Below, piece by piece: positions 37,584-51,622 of a stretch of 64,000 bases of DNA (positions within the stretch are counted from its first letter, which is position 1; each line of letters begins with the position of its first letter). This DNA comes from Nitrosarchaeum sp. GTDB taxonomy: Archaea > Thermoproteota > Nitrososphaeria > Nitrososphaerales > Nitrosopumilaceae. The stretch lies in assembly GCA_965223865.1 (NCBI GenBank), contig OZ245020.1:832001-896000 (forward strand). The letters are read 5' to 3'. Under the pieces are notes generated by a model, which worked only from the letters and a program-made list of their open reading frames with translations, was not told the origin of the DNA and did no database searches. Made by a program: the position numbers and the translations under genes.

Positions 37584-40097
37584 TTATACTAGAGGTCTGT
37601 CTCCCTTTGTTGCATCAATTAATTCTGTTTTTTCACCTTGATTGATCCTACGAAGAACTTCAAGCGAAGAATATTTGTGCAAAAATTCATTATTGTTTCC
37701 GCATCTATATGAAAATGTACAGCGTGGGCATCCTGCTTCATTTTTGCATGGACATTCTTTTACAATGAACATACTTCTCTCAAGGGCCTTTTCAAATCTG
37801 TCATAAAGTGCCTTACTTGCTCCATTTCCACCAATAGCACCATCATAGATGAAGATCAAACCAGATGTACCAAGTGAAATTCCTCCCAAATCTTGAGATA
37901 CTCCTCCAGTAATCATGTTGCTTCCTTCAATCACTACATGTTCTGTTGCATGATAGCCGCTAGCCTCAGTATATTCTTCGTCATTTGCCTTTTGGATTTC
38001 TTCGAGAGGTCTTGGGGCATGAAAGACTATTCCCTTTGTTACAAAATCATATTCTAATGGATAATCAAGTAGTACTTTTTGACCTTGGGTAATTTCTTGT
38101 CCCAATTCAATATTGACATAACCATAAACTTTTTTCTGAATGTGAAGCTTACAAAATGCAACTTCCAAACCAAACACTCTTCTTCTTTCAAATATAGTTT
38201 CGATTGTAGGCCATTCCTCTGTTAATGATTTTGTATAATATGGATAGTCTTTTGGGATCCTCTCAAGCTTTGCATAGTTTTTCTCTGGATATCTAAATTC
38301 TTTCACTCGATAACGTGTTCCAGCTAGAAAATAAATTGCATCCTTGTGAAGTTCTTCTAATGCAATTGGAAGAATTCTATCACCTACTTTTTTATCATTT
38401 AAGAAAATATCAACTGATTTTCCAATTCCTCTGATGCTGTAATCATTTAACATTGAACCAATTTTATCAAAATCTGGAATTATTCTGTTATTGAATAAAA
38501 CCAAGTTTTTTTTCAAAAGATGATAGTCAATTACATCTTGATGTTCCTTTAACTCGTGTTTTGATATTGGCTTGTCACATGCCATTGATAAAACTTGAAA
38601 TTCTTCAACGAAAGGATTTTTTGGATCAATGTATGTTCTTTCAACATCTTCAAAATAATCATCTGGATGGTTCTTGTAGTATTGAGATATGGGATCGTTT
38701 CCAAGCGTCAAAAATGCATATCCCCTCTGGGCTTTTCTTGCAGCTCTTCCAATTCTCTGAATTAATCTGTTTACTGGTATTGTTGATGAAATTACACAGT
38801 CAACGTTTCCAACATCTATCCCAAGCTCAAGAGTTGGAGTACATGAAATGGCAGGTAATACATCTTCTTTGAAATCTCTTTCTACTGCTTTTCTGTAATT
38901 AGCCATTAGTCCTGCCCTGTGAACCTTGATGTTGATTTTTTGTTTTCTAGCCTGGATTGCCAAAAGCTCAGAGTTTAGGTGGGAATTGTTAAAGACCATC
39001 GTTTTGTGATTTTTATCAGTCATTTTTTTTGTCAAATCTACCATCAATGCTCTCTGAGTTCGAAGTGATGGAAAAAGCATAACAAAATCGGTTTGTCCTT
39101 TTTTGCCCGACCCATGAATTAGATTCATTTTTTCTCCAAACAACTGTTGACAAAAGTCTTGTGCGTCTTCAAGGGTAGCTGATGCTGCCACAAATTGAAT
39201 TTTGTTTCTGCAAATTCTCTTGAGTCTTTTAATTATATAATGAACATTTGAACCAAAAATTCCAGAGTAAACATGTGCTTCATCTACAATCAATATTTTG
39301 AGTGTTGAAAGTAACGAGGCAAACTTTGTTTGATGCCATAAATGGTAATGTATCACATCAAAATTTGTAACAAGAATCTGTGGCGGATTTTCAAGAATTT
39401 CTCTTCTTTCATTTTGTTTTGTATCTCCATCAAATACTCTCACATGCACTCCGATTTTTTCTGCAAATTTTTGGATTTTTGGATACTGATCACGTGAAAG
39501 AGCCTTTGTAGGATATACAAAAACAGCATAAACCTTCGAAGAATCTTGTATTTCTTTTTTGATCTTTTGAATCACAGGAATCAAAAATGCCTCAGTTTTA
39601 CCTGATGCCGTTGGTGCTTCTATTACTATATTTTCTCCAAATGAAATTTCTTGTATTGACTCTTCTTGGAATTTATAAAACTGCTTTATTCTTATCTCTT
39701 TAAGATGATTTGTTATGGATTCGTCTAGCCCAATATCTTCTACTTTACATCCCATTTCAGGATCAGGGGTTTTCAGAATTTTATATTGTGATATATAGTC
39801 CTTTTTTGAATAAAGAATTGATTTTGTAACGATATCAGGCTTTTTTTTGCCAATCAACTCTTTGATTTCAACTTCGTCTCTAACTATTCCTTCGTCTTTG
39901 AGATTATTCGCAATTCCTTTTTCAGTTACAAGCCCTTCGTCAAATCTTGATAAAAATTCTAAAAATACTTCGTCAATGTTTTTTGAAAATTCTAACAGAT
40001 CTTCAATACCGCAATTATCACATGAAATATGTATTTTTTTGTTGAAAGTTTTTTGAATTTCAAGTTTTGATTTACATTTGGGACAAGAGAATTTCAC
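37584..40097 (-). CDS. DEAH-box helicase with DUF1998 (Hrq1/MrfA-like)
   Basis: PTASGKT, DEAH, SAT, QRIGRAAR and C-terminal CPC...GCPRC. Confidence 0.92.
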   Translation of the reverse strand: MKFSCPKCKSKLEIQKTFNKKIHISCDNCGIEDLLEFSKNIDEVFLEFLSRFDEGLVTEKGIANNLKDEGIVRDEVEIKELIGKKKPDIVTKSILYSKKDYISQYKILKTPDPEMGCKVEDIGLDESITNHLKEIRIKQFYKFQEESIQEISFGENIVIEAPTASGKTEAFLIPVIQKIKKEIQDSSKVYAVFVYPTKALSRDQYPKIQKFAEKIGVHVRVFDGDTKQNERREILENPPQILVTNFDVIHYHLWHQTKFASLLSTLKILIVDEAHVYSGIFGSNVHYIIKRLKRICRNKIQFVAASATLEDAQDFCQQLFGEKMNLIHGSGKKGQTDFVMLFPSLRTQRALMVDLTKKMTDKNHKTMVFNNSHLNSELLAIQARKQKINIKVHRAGLMANYRKAVERDFKEDVLPAISCTPTLELGIDVGNVDCVISSTIPVNRLIQRIGRAARKAQRGYAFLTLGNDPISQYYKNHPDDYFEDVERTYIDPKNPFVEEFQVLSMACDKPISKHELKEHQDVIDYHLLKKNLVLFNNRIIPDFDKIGSMLNDYSIRGIGKSVDIFLNDKKVGDRILPIALEELHKDAIYFLAGTRYRVKEFRYPEKNYAKLERIPKDYPYYTKSLTEEWPTIETIFERRRVFGLEVAFCKLHIQKKVYGYVNIELGQEITQGQKVLLDYPLEYDFVTKGIVFHAPRPLEEIQKANDEEYTEASGYHATEHVVIEGSNMITGGVSQDLGGISLGTSGLIFIYDGAIGGNGASKALYDRFEKALERSMFIVKECPCKNEAGCPRCTFSYRCGNNNEFLHKYSSLEVLRRINQGEKTELIDATKGDRPLV

Positions 40098-40181
40098 AAT
40101 ATATCAAAATGATTTGTAATAATTCGTGATTTATTGTTTGAGTAGTATGTTGTTGATTTTGAGTTTCACGACATTATTAAA

Positions 40182-40979
40182 GTGGGTTTCTGTCCTTTTT
40201 TTAAATTGAAAAAAATTGAGATTAATAAAATTTATAATTCAAATTGCATAGAAGGAATGAAGTCTATTCAAAAAAGTAAGATTGATTTGATTATTACAGA
40301 TCCTCCTTTTGCAATTAATTTTAAGGCTAAAAAAGCAAATTATAACCGACTTTCCTCACGAGTCATGTCAGGATATAGTGAGATCAAGGCTAAAGACTAC
40401 TATGATTTTACATTCGATTGGATGAGTCAGGCATTTCGAATCCTTAAAAAATCTGGAAGCATGTATGTTTTTTCTGGCTGGAACAACCTCAAAGATATTC
40501 TAAGGGCATTAGATGATGTAGGCTTTACAACTATTAATCACATTATATGGAAATATCAGTTTGGAGTTGTTACAAAAAAAAAGTTTGTCACATCTCATTA
40601 TCATTGTCTTTATGTTTGCAAAGATGACACTAAACGAAAGTTTTATCCATTTACAAGATTTAAAAAAAATTCTAAAACAAAAGAAGGTCGTAGCTTACAC
40701 TATAAAGATAAAGAAGATGTTTGGGAAATCAAAAGAGAATATTGGACTGGAGATGAAAAAACTCCGACCAAACTTCCTGCTGAATTAATTGAAAAATTAT
40801 TACAATATTCTAGTAAAAAAAAAGATATTGTTTTAGATCCTTTTCTTGGTTCTGGTCAGGTTGCAGTTGTTAGTAAATTAATGGGTAGACAATTCTTGGG
40901 ATTTGAAATTGTCCCAGAATATTTCAAATTTGCAAAAAAACGACTAGACAAAAACTTGTATCGTATAAAATCTGATTAG
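40182..40979 (+). CDS. Orphan N4/N6 DNA methyltransferase (beta class)
   Basis: DPPF motif IV precedes LDPFLGSG motif I. Confidence 0.92.
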   Translation: MGFCPFFKLKKIEINKIYNSNCIEGMKSIQKSKIDLIITDPPFAINFKAKKANYNRLSSRVMSGYSEIKAKDYYDFTFDWMSQAFRILKKSGSMYVFSGWNNLKDILRALDDVGFTTINHIIWKYQFGVVTKKKFVTSHYHCLYVCKDDTKRKFYPFTRFKKNSKTKEGRSLHYKDKEDVWEIKREYWTGDEKTPTKLPAELIEKLLQYSSKKKDIVLDPFLGSGQVAVVSKLMGRQFLGFEIVPEYFKFAKKRLDKNLYRIKSD

Positions 40980-41329
40980 CTTTTTTGATTGTTTTCAGGA
41001 TCATCGATCTTTTTTTGGCCAATTTTATTTGAAATGATCTTTCTCAACTCATCATCTGATTTTTCATCTATTTTTACTCCTAGTGATTTTGCAATCATTT
41101 CAAGTTTCTGTCTTTCGTTTTCTACCGGCCGTGAAACATCAAGGTTATGATTAGTAACATCTTTCATGTGGTTTTGAACTTCATCTTTTGCCTTTTTGTA
41201 TTCGTTAACTGCTTTTCCTAATTTTCTTGCAGCCCCTGGTAGCTGATTAGTTCCCAAAATCAATACTAGTGCTACAAAAATTATGATTATCCATTCACTA
41301 CCTACAATGTTTAATGAATAATCAAACAT
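40976..41329 (-). CDS. tatA: Twin-arginine translocase TatA-family subunit
   Basis: G.EWIII...LG...LP..AR.LGKAV.EYKK. Confidence 0.88.
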   Translation of the reverse strand: MFDYSLNIVGSEWIIIIFVALVLILGTNQLPGAARKLGKAVNEYKKAKDEVQNHMKDVTNHNLDVSRPVENERQKLEMIAKSLGVKIDEKSDDELRKIISNKIGQKKIDDPENNQKS

Positions 41330-41465
41330 ATCCTAGAATGTTCTTATTTGAAATTAAATCTAATGTCGGAGATTTGTGCCTAAATCTGCACTTTTTTTGT
41401 ATTTCTAAAAATCAATAGGGAGAATATCAATATTAATTTAAAGAACATCTGATTACAGTCTAAAC

Positions 41466-41780
41466 ATGAAAAAAGTTGAAGTGATCATTCGACCTGAACT
41501 AAAAGATAAGGCAGTTGCTGCAATCAAAAAAGTTGGGGTTGGAGGAGTTACTGTTTTTCCTGTGCAGGGTCAAGGAGCTCAAGATCCACCACTTGTAGGC
41601 CAGTATTTCTCTAAGGACATGATAATCTGTGTAGTTGATGATCCAAAATTAGATGATATTCTTAATGCAGTTGCAGATGTAGCATGTACTGGCGAAAAAG
41701 GAGATGGCAAAGTCTTTGTAATGCCCGTAGAGGATGCACTTGACATTTGTACAAAGAAACGTGGAACAACTTCCATCTAA
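41466..41780 (+). CDS. P-II family nitrogen regulator (short T-loop)
   Basis: MKKVEVIIRP, G.TV..V.G.G and TG..GDGKVFV.PV motifs. Confidence 0.9.
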   Translation: MKKVEVIIRPELKDKAVAAIKKVGVGGVTVFPVQGQGAQDPPLVGQYFSKDMIICVVDDPKLDDILNAVADVACTGEKGDGKVFVMPVEDALDICTKKRGTTSI

Positions 41781-41793
41781 TTTTCTTTTTACT

Positions 41794-42951
41794 TTATAAT
41801 CTTTGAATTCTTTTAGGTTCTAGTTTTCGTCTAGAAAGTATTGCAATAACTGTTACTCCAATTCCTATGACACAAAATATCAGATATGGTGCTTTATCTC
41901 CAAATGACTCTGTGAGTGGTCCTCCTAATGTCGGTCCTATTGCCCAACCTATGCCAAAAACAGTTTCATACGCTCCGATTATTTTTCCAGAAATATTCTT
42001 TCTAGTTTTACTAAGAATAATTTCAAGTGTAAGTGGAAAAAATATACTAAATCCAAATCCCATCAAAATTAGAGCAGCTCCAAATATTATGATCGAATTT
42101 GATACAACTGAAAGTGCTAGCCCTACTGAAACAGCAACAGTAGCTGCAATTAGTGTTTGACTGGTTTTTCTTGAAAATTTCCCTGCAAGTGCAAGCGATG
42201 CAACTCTTGAAATTCCAAAAACAAAATACAGATACAAAATATCTGTATCTGACATTCCATTATCGTTTAGAAAAGCAGGATATATTGATAAAATTATTCC
42301 AAAACAAGAGGTACAAAATATCAACAAGATTATGACTTCTGGAAATTTTTTCATCTCTTTGATTGATGATAAGGAGAATCTTTCATGATGGTTTACAATA
42401 TTTTTCTTTGATACTAGTAGAGCAGATATTATTGCAGTGGCCAAAATAAATGCCGTAATTTGGAATAATACTCTATAGGTGATGTCAAAGCCTTCAAGAA
42501 ACGCATTTCCAAATAATGGGCCTATCATAAAGCCTATTACAAAAAACATTGTAAACCAAGAAATATTTTTGACTCGATTTTGCTCTGTACTATGATTTGA
42601 AATTATTGATTCACATGGAGGCCAGAAAAATGCATGTGCCACTCCTGTCATTATTCGAAATCCCATAATTTCTGGAACTGATTGTGCAACAGAAAGTAAG
42701 TAAATTGATGCCGAGTTTATTACAGCCCCTAGTGCAAGAAGATATCCATTATTGAATCTGTCTAAAAGAATTCCTACAAACACAGGAATGAACATGTAAG
42801 GAATAAAGTTTGTAAGTCCAATCAGACCTAGCTCAGAATATGATGCTCCAATAATGTTTTTTGCAAATAATGGAAGAATTGGACCATGCAAACCATAAGA
42901 AATCCCTATAATTAATCCTGTAATATTTACTAGAATCAGAGCTCTTTTCAT
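41794..42951 (-). CDS. MFS transporter
   Basis: About 12 TMs; G.LLDRF motif. Confidence 0.88.
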   Translation of the reverse strand: MKRALILVNITGLIIGISYGLHGPILPLFAKNIIGASYSELGLIGLTNFIPYMFIPVFVGILLDRFNNGYLLALGAVINSASIYLLSVAQSVPEIMGFRIMTGVAHAFFWPPCESIISNHSTEQNRVKNISWFTMFFVIGFMIGPLFGNAFLEGFDITYRVLFQITAFILATAIISALLVSKKNIVNHHERFSLSSIKEMKKFPEVIILLIFCTSCFGIILSIYPAFLNDNGMSDTDILYLYFVFGISRVASLALAGKFSRKTSQTLIAATVAVSVGLALSVVSNSIIIFGAALILMGFGFSIFFPLTLEIILSKTRKNISGKIIGAYETVFGIGWAIGPTLGGPLTESFGDKAPYLIFCVIGIGVTVIAILSRRKLEPKRIQRL

Positions 42952-43637
42952 TTGTATGCGGCAATCATTATTGCCCCGCCCATAAGATCTTTCTCAAATT
43001 CTACTCTGGAAAATTTTTCTAGCAACATATCTTCTAATTTCTTGTTTTTTGGCCATCTCTTGTATGTACTATAAAGTGTTCCAAATTTTAAGCCCAGTTT
43101 TCCTCCTGCAATCAATGCCAGTATTGGAAGAATGAATCTAAGATAAAATGAAACTCCAAATCTGATAAATGCCTCATCGGGTTTTCCCAAGTCTACAATT
43201 ACAAATCTTCCATCTTTTTTTAGGACTCTATGGATTTCTGAAATTGCAATTCGTAAATTTATTGCATCTCTAAGAGAATATCCACATAAAACAGCATCAA
43301 ATTCCCCATCTCTAAAAGGAATGTGTTCAAAAACACCATTTGCCATGTCTGGGGTTTTTTTAAAAAATGTGCTGGTGTTCTTTAGCATTGGAACAAGTGG
43401 ATCATAAAGCGTGATTGATATTTTACCATTACAGATTTTTGATGCTGTCTTTGACATGTTGCCAAATCCGGAGCCTGCATCAAGGATTTTGTTTCCTGGA
43501 ATAACTCTACCTGAAATGCCTCTGTTTCTGTGTTTGACGTCTTTTCCAAGTGAAATATATGAATTTACTTTGTCATAAATTGGTATAATTTCTTGAAGAA
43601 CTTCTATTACTTCTCCCCAGTAACTTCCTAATCCCAT
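42948..43637 (-). CDS. UbiE/MenG-family SAM methyltransferase
   Basis: YDKVN..IS.G, ILDAGSG.G and EIHRVLK.DG motifs. Confidence 0.85.
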   Translation of the reverse strand: MGLGSYWGEVIEVLQEIIPIYDKVNSYISLGKDVKHRNRGISGRVIPGNKILDAGSGFGNMSKTASKICNGKISITLYDPLVPMLKNTSTFFKKTPDMANGVFEHIPFRDGEFDAVLCGYSLRDAINLRIAISEIHRVLKKDGRFVIVDLGKPDEAFIRFGVSFYLRFILPILALIAGGKLGLKFGTLYSTYKRWPKNKKLEDMLLEKFSRVEFEKDLMGGAIMIAAYK

Positions 43638-43683
43638 AATTTATCGTCTCTACAAACTAATTTGAATAGTTTTAAAATTTCAA

Positions 43684-44409
43684 TTATTCCTTAGAAAACT
43701 TTGCTGCATTTTGAGCATAAGTTTGTAAATCTGATTCAGATACTTTTTCAAACATTTTTCTCTCTGAAGTGACTTTTGCCATCTTGATATGGTTTAGTCC
43801 TTCTTTTTGTTCTGCCTTTAGATTGATTGCTGCAATAGCCAATGATGCCGCATCATCTAAACTTATTTCTACATTGTAATTTTTTTCTAAGAATGCGTTT
43901 ACCTCATCAGAACCTGCACCAATTGCAATTGCCGCATACTGAACATAAGTTCCACTTGGATCAGTTACATAGATTGATTCTCCTTTCTGATCAACTCCTG
44001 TAATGATTAGTGCAACACCATTTGGACGAACTCCTGAATACTGGGTAAATTGATGTGATTGATCTGCTAAATGTTTTGCAACTGTTGCAACTTCAACTGA
44101 TTCATCATATGTCATCTTATTACCCTGAGAAAATAACCTTGCATTGTCTACCTGCACACGTGCATCTGGAATGTATCCTGCAGCAGCTACACCAATGTGA
44201 AAATCTACTTGAAAAATTTTCTGTGTAATATTTGAAGTCTGTAAAGCTCTCGGCTTTTCTTCAACAGCCATAATGACTCCTTGATTGGTTTTGATTCCAA
44301 TTGCCAAAGTTCCTCTTTTTACTGTCTCTAAGGCGTATTCCACTTGGTAGATTCTGCCATCTGGTGAATACATTGTTGGGGTCATATCATAACCACGTGA
44401 TGCCATCAT
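43684..44409 (-). CDS. psmA: Proteasome alpha subunit
   Basis: GYD...T.YSPDGRIYQVEYA signature. Confidence 0.96.
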   Translation of the reverse strand: MMASRGYDMTPTMYSPDGRIYQVEYALETVKRGTLAIGIKTNQGVIMAVEEKPRALQTSNITQKIFQVDFHIGVAAAGYIPDARVQVDNARLFSQGNKMTYDESVEVATVAKHLADQSHQFTQYSGVRPNGVALIITGVDQKGESIYVTDPSGTYVQYAAIAIGAGSDEVNAFLEKNYNVEISLDDAASLAIAAINLKAEQKEGLNHIKMAKVTSERKMFEKVSESDLQTYAQNAAKFSKE

Positions 44410-44531
44410 GTCATCACGAGTTCATCCTCAGTCAATTTAAGGGTAATTATCTTTGCAAAATTTGTAATAGATTAGGAAAAGATCTGGGAATATTGTTTTA
44501 AGCAATCATGACAAATTATGAGTAGATATAC

Positions 44532-44918
44532 ATGACTAGTGCTCAACTATTGGAATTCAAACAACTCCTCAATTCTAGATCTGAATATGAGCCTAGAAAA
44601 ATCGATAAACAGACTCGAAAATTGCTTCTTTACTTGTTTACAAGTACAAGAGGAGGTTTTACAAGACTCCGAATCATCATTCTCTTATTACAAAAACCTC
44701 TCAATACTCATCAACTAGCCCAAGAACTACAATTAGATTACAAAGCCATTCAGCATCACATGCAGGTATTAGAGAAAAACAATTTGGTAACAAAAATTGG
44801 AGAAAAATATGGTGCGATTTTTCATCTGTCTAATTTTTTGGAAATTAATATTAGTGCATTAGATGAGGCAATTGATAAACTAGATAGAAAACTAAATCAC
44901 AAAAAAGTATACTTGTAA
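44532..44918 (+). CDS. ArsR-like winged-helix regulator
   Basis: TRGG.TR..I...L...P.N..QLA..L..DYKAIQHH...L. Confidence 0.85.
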   Translation: MTSAQLLEFKQLLNSRSEYEPRKIDKQTRKLLLYLFTSTRGGFTRLRIIILLLQKPLNTHQLAQELQLDYKAIQHHMQVLEKNNLVTKIGEKYGAIFHLSNFLEINISALDEAIDKLDRKLNHKKVYL

Positions 44919-44989
44919 TTTAATATTTCAAAAGCGATCTAGTTTTTTGAATCAAACTTAATATAATATTAATAGAATGAAAAATTGTC

Positions 44990-46264
44990 TTGGTTAAAAA
45001 CGATCCTTTTGAAAATGCAACAAAGCAAGTCAATGACGCATGCGATATCTTAGGAATTAAAGACAAAGGATTACGTGAATACCTTGCTACGCCAAATAGA
45101 GTTTTGAGAGTTAAAATTCCAGTAAAAATGGATAATGGAAAAATTAGAATATTTACAGGTTTTAGAAGTCAGCACAACAATGATCGAGGTCCATACAAAG
45201 GGGGTATTCGTTACTTTAATCCAGAAGGTGGTGTTGAGTACATGGAACGGGAAGTCATGGCACTTTCATCTTGGATGACTTGGAAATGTGCAATTGTTGA
45301 TATTCCATTAGGTGGAGGAAAAGGTGGAATCTATGTTAATCCAAAAACTGAAAAACTTAGCGATGATGAACTTGAGAGACTAACTAGAGGGTTTGCCTAT
45401 AAGATTGCTGAAGTTATAGGACCTGAAAAAGATGTTCCGGCACCAGACGTTTACACAACTGGAAGAGAGATGACACAGATAATGGATACTTTTAGCAAAC
45501 TAAATGAAAACAAATTTTCTCCAGGCGTAATTACTGGAAAGCCAATATCTATGGGTGGTTCTCTTGCAAGAAATGTTGCAACAGGTTTAGGTGCAGCATA
45601 TTGTGTAAGGGAAGCTGCAAAAACCCTAAAGATAAATCTTAAAGGCGCCAAAGTTGTTTTGCAGGGATTTGGTAATGCATCAACATTTGCAGGAGAATAT
45701 CTCGAAAAAATGGGAGCCAAAGTAATAGCAGCTAGTGATTCAAAAGGTTCTATTTTAGTAGAAAAAGGTGTTAAAGTCAGTAAATTAATTGAACATAAAG
45801 AAAAGACAGGCTCTGTAGTTGGATTCCCAGGAAGTAAGAAAATTTCAACTGAAGAACTTCTTACTACAAAATGTGATGTTCTTGTCCCAGGCGCATTAGA
45901 GAATCAAATTAATGCAAAGATAGCAAAGAATCTCAAATGTAAAATTATTGCAGAAGCTGCCAATGGTCCAACATTACCTGAAGCAGATCCAATCATTTAT
46001 GATAAGAAAATTTTGGTAATCCCAGATATTTTAGCAAACTCTGGTGGTGTATGTATCTCATACCTGGAATGGGTACAAAATAACATGGGTTACTATTGGA
46101 GCTTTGATGAAGTTGCAAACAAGATGGAGGCAAACATTACAAAGGGATTCAAAGATGCTTATGCTTTGTCAAAGAAACACAAGATTGACATGAGAAAGGC
46201 AACAATGGCTTTGGCAGTTCAACGTGTTGTTGAGGCATTCACCCAAAAAGGAATCTGGCCATAA
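44990..46264 (+). CDS. gdhA: Glutamate dehydrogenase
   Basis: GPYKGGIR, GGGKGG, VPAPD, QGFGN and EAANGP motifs. Confidence 0.95.
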   Translation: MVKNDPFENATKQVNDACDILGIKDKGLREYLATPNRVLRVKIPVKMDNGKIRIFTGFRSQHNNDRGPYKGGIRYFNPEGGVEYMEREVMALSSWMTWKCAIVDIPLGGGKGGIYVNPKTEKLSDDELERLTRGFAYKIAEVIGPEKDVPAPDVYTTGREMTQIMDTFSKLNENKFSPGVITGKPISMGGSLARNVATGLGAAYCVREAAKTLKINLKGAKVVLQGFGNASTFAGEYLEKMGAKVIAASDSKGSILVEKGVKVSKLIEHKEKTGSVVGFPGSKKISTEELLTTKCDVLVPGALENQINAKIAKNLKCKIIAEAANGPTLPEADPIIYDKKILVIPDILANSGGVCISYLEWVQNNMGYYWSFDEVANKMEANITKGFKDAYALSKKHKIDMRKATMALAVQRVVEAFTQKGIWP

Positions 46265-46265
46265 A

Positions 46266-46643
46266 CTAAACTAAATAAGATTCATAACAAATCAATTGTT
46301 CAATAAACATTATTTTTCCCTTAGTGATGACTCTGAGCCTTTTTTTAAAGGAAAGATCAATTCTAGTTCTTCTTTGTAATAATCTAATTGTTTTTCCAGT
46401 TAGTGTTCTTCCTTTTCTATCTCTATCAAAAAGAATTATCAATCTATCATACTTTGCAACAGAATCTGCAAAATTTACCATTCCTCCAAACCTGTGAAAT
46501 TCTAAAACTTTTCCAGAAAATCCTACCTTTCTGAGAGCTGCTGTGTCTCTTTTTCCTTCAACAATAACTACACTTTTTTTCATAGAGTTTAGATGAGAAA
46601 TAAAATTCTTTATCTCGTCAACCTCTTGCTCTGTTACAAGCAC
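46266..46643 (-). CDS. Small TOPRIM-domain protein
   Basis: IVEGKRD and DRDRKG motifs. Confidence 0.85.
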   Translation of the reverse strand: MLVTEQEVDEIKNFISHLNSMKKSVVIVEGKRDTAALRKVGFSGKVLEFHRFGGMVNFADSVAKYDRLIILFDRDRKGRTLTGKTIRLLQRRTRIDLSFKKRLRVITKGKIMFIEQLICYESYLV

Positions 46644-46693
46644 ACTTTAGAATTGGCTTTAACATATTAAGCACTTTTGGTAAAAAATCAAAT

Positions 46694-47377
46694 GTGAGTG
46701 ATGTCTTACTAATACAGAATACTCGAATTGAAGGTTCTGGATATTTGGGCGAATTATTAAAACAAGATGGTTTTGAACTTTATTCTGTTCATGCAAAAAC
46801 AGAAAAACTCCCTGAAAAAGATTTCTCACTAGTAGTTATTTTAGGTGCACCAGAAAGTGCAAATGATGATTTAACATATCTATGGGAAGAACAAAAACTT
46901 ATCAAAAAAAATGTAGAAAAAAATACTCCCGTGCTTGGGATTTGTTTGGGTTCTCAATTAATTGCAAAAACATTTGGAGCCAAAGTATATTCTGGTCCTA
47001 AAAAAGAAATTGGCTTTTATGATGATTTAATTCCAGATGGAAACTCAAAATTGTTTTCAGGGTTTGAGAATCCTTTTACTGTTTTTCATTGGCATGGTGA
47101 TACTTTTGATTTACCGACAAAAGCAGTTCGCCTTGTTTCTTCACAGAATTATTCAAACCAAGCATTTCAAATAGGTTCAGCAGTTGGACTTCAGTTTCAT
47201 TTAGAAGTAAATACGGAAATGGTGAATCTTTGGTTAGATAAAACTAAAGAAAAGTTAGAAAAACTTCAGTACATTAAACCTGATAAAATTCGAGCAGATA
47301 TTGATAAAAATATTCCAATTGTCAAAAACAATATGAAGAATTTTTACAATAATTTTAAAACATCTTTCGATCTTTGA
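46694..47377 (+). CDS. Class I glutamine amidotransferase-like protein
   Basis: LGICLGSQ, WHGD and QFHLE motifs. Confidence 0.9.
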   Translation: MSDVLLIQNTRIEGSGYLGELLKQDGFELYSVHAKTEKLPEKDFSLVVILGAPESANDDLTYLWEEQKLIKKNVEKNTPVLGICLGSQLIAKTFGAKVYSGPKKEIGFYDDLIPDGNSKLFSGFENPFTVFHWHGDTFDLPTKAVRLVSSQNYSNQAFQIGSAVGLQFHLEVNTEMVNLWLDKTKEKLEKLQYIKPDKIRADIDKNIPIVKNNMKNFYNNFKTSFDL

Positions 47378-47415
47378 CCAAAGTTTAATATACTGAGTTT
47401 TGATTTTATCGATAG

Positions 47416-50334
<2,919 letters not shown>

Positions 50335-50653
50335 GCTATCCCAAATTTCCTTTATTTTCTATTTTTGTTGGTTTATTTTAAATTCCCCTGATGGATTAAT
50401 TTTCATTTGAATTTTTTCATATTGTTTCTGAGATCTCAATATTTTCCTCATCAATAATCTGAATCTTGTGTCTTGAAACCAGAATGCAATACTAATGTGA
50501 ATTAACTATGAATCAATCAGAACAAGGAACTTTTGCAATTCTCTGAAAAAATAATTTTTTCTATACTAATGTTTGAAAAATGTATTAAATTTTAAATAAT
50601 TTTTAATCAAATTAATGGTTTCTCTTAAATAATTTTTTTCATTATTTTAGGTA

Positions 50654-50893
50654 TTGACTACTGCTTTTGTTTTAATAAATAGTGAACTAGGAAAGGAAGA
50701 TGATATTATTGAAAATCTAAAACATATAGATTCAGTCAAAGAGGTGCATGGCACGTTTGGGGCATATGATGTTGTTGCAAAGGTTGAGCACAATGAAAAA
50801 GACAAGATACGAGAAGTCATAACTTGGGGAATAAGGAAAATAGATTATGTCCGATCCACCCTAACACTTATGGGAATCGATGGACAAAACTAG
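50654..50893 (+). CDS. Stand-alone Lrp/AsnC ligand-binding domain protein
   Basis: AFVLIN...GTFGAYDVVAKV...IRKI..VRSTLTL. Confidence 0.88.
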   Translation: MTTAFVLINSELGKEDDIIENLKHIDSVKEVHGTFGAYDVVAKVEHNEKDKIREVITWGIRKIDYVRSTLTLMGIDGQN

Positions 50894-50898
50894 AAAGT

Positions 50899-51435
50899 AT
50901 GCCAGAATATTATGTATTATTGGTAAATGATACTGGAACTGATGACTCTGTAATATCTAGTTTAAAAAATATTGAAACAGTCAATGCCGCATATGGTGCT
51001 TTTGGACCATATGACGTCATTGTTAAACTTGAGTGCCCTGATGAAATTAAGATAGAGCAAGATATTTCACGTAAAATTAGGAAACTTCCTCAAATTCGCT
51101 CGACATTAACTCTGGAAATTCATGAAAATGGCGGTTTTAGGAAAATAAGTAAGGTTGAAAATGAAGTTTTAGAAAAACATATGGTACAAGCTTATGTTAT
51201 GATTCATTGTAATCATTCTCATGAGTCTCAAGTCATAGAAAATTTAAAGAAAATTCCAGAAGTTATTGAGACTAATATTTTAGTAGGTTCCTATGAGTTA
51301 GTCTGCAAAATTATTGCACCTACTTATAACGAGATCTCCGAAGTTATTGGAAAAAAAATTAGAAAAATGGAAAATATCAAATCTACTATTACATTAAACC
51401 TAGTTGGAAACCAAGGATTTCAAAAATATTCATAA
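50899..51435 (+). CDS. Tandem Lrp/AsnC ligand-binding domain protein
   Basis: Two RAM-like repeats; ATG at 50899. Confidence 0.85.
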   Translation: MPEYYVLLVNDTGTDDSVISSLKNIETVNAAYGAFGPYDVIVKLECPDEIKIEQDISRKIRKLPQIRSTLTLEIHENGGFRKISKVENEVLEKHMVQAYVMIHCNHSHESQVIENLKKIPEVIETNILVGSYELVCKIIAPTYNEISEVIGKKIRKMENIKSTITLNLVGNQGFQKYS

Positions 51436-51461
51436 CGGCATCAGAGTAGAACAATATACAA

Positions 51462-51617
51462 CTATGACATTAAATAATTCATTTTGTCTTTTGTATGAAT
51501 GGTGGGTTCTGCACACTGACCACATTTTGGTCTAATTATCTCGGCATCATAATCAACTTCACCAATAATATTTTTACAACCTGAACAACGGATTGTTTTG
51601 GTATCGTAAATATTCAT
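51462..51617 (-). CDS. 51-aa zinc-ribbon microprotein
   Basis: MNIYDTKTIRCSGCKNIIGEVDYDAEIIRPKCGQCAEPTIHTKDKMNYLMS. Confidence 0.7.
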   Translation of the reverse strand: MNIYDTKTIRCSGCKNIIGEVDYDAEIIRPKCGQCAEPTIHTKDKMNYLMS

Positions 51618-51622
51618 ATGAT

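Noticed and set aside
50360-50540. Possible minus-strand sORF downstream of the crotonase
   Set aside because: Interrupted by a stop codon and has no recognisable motif.
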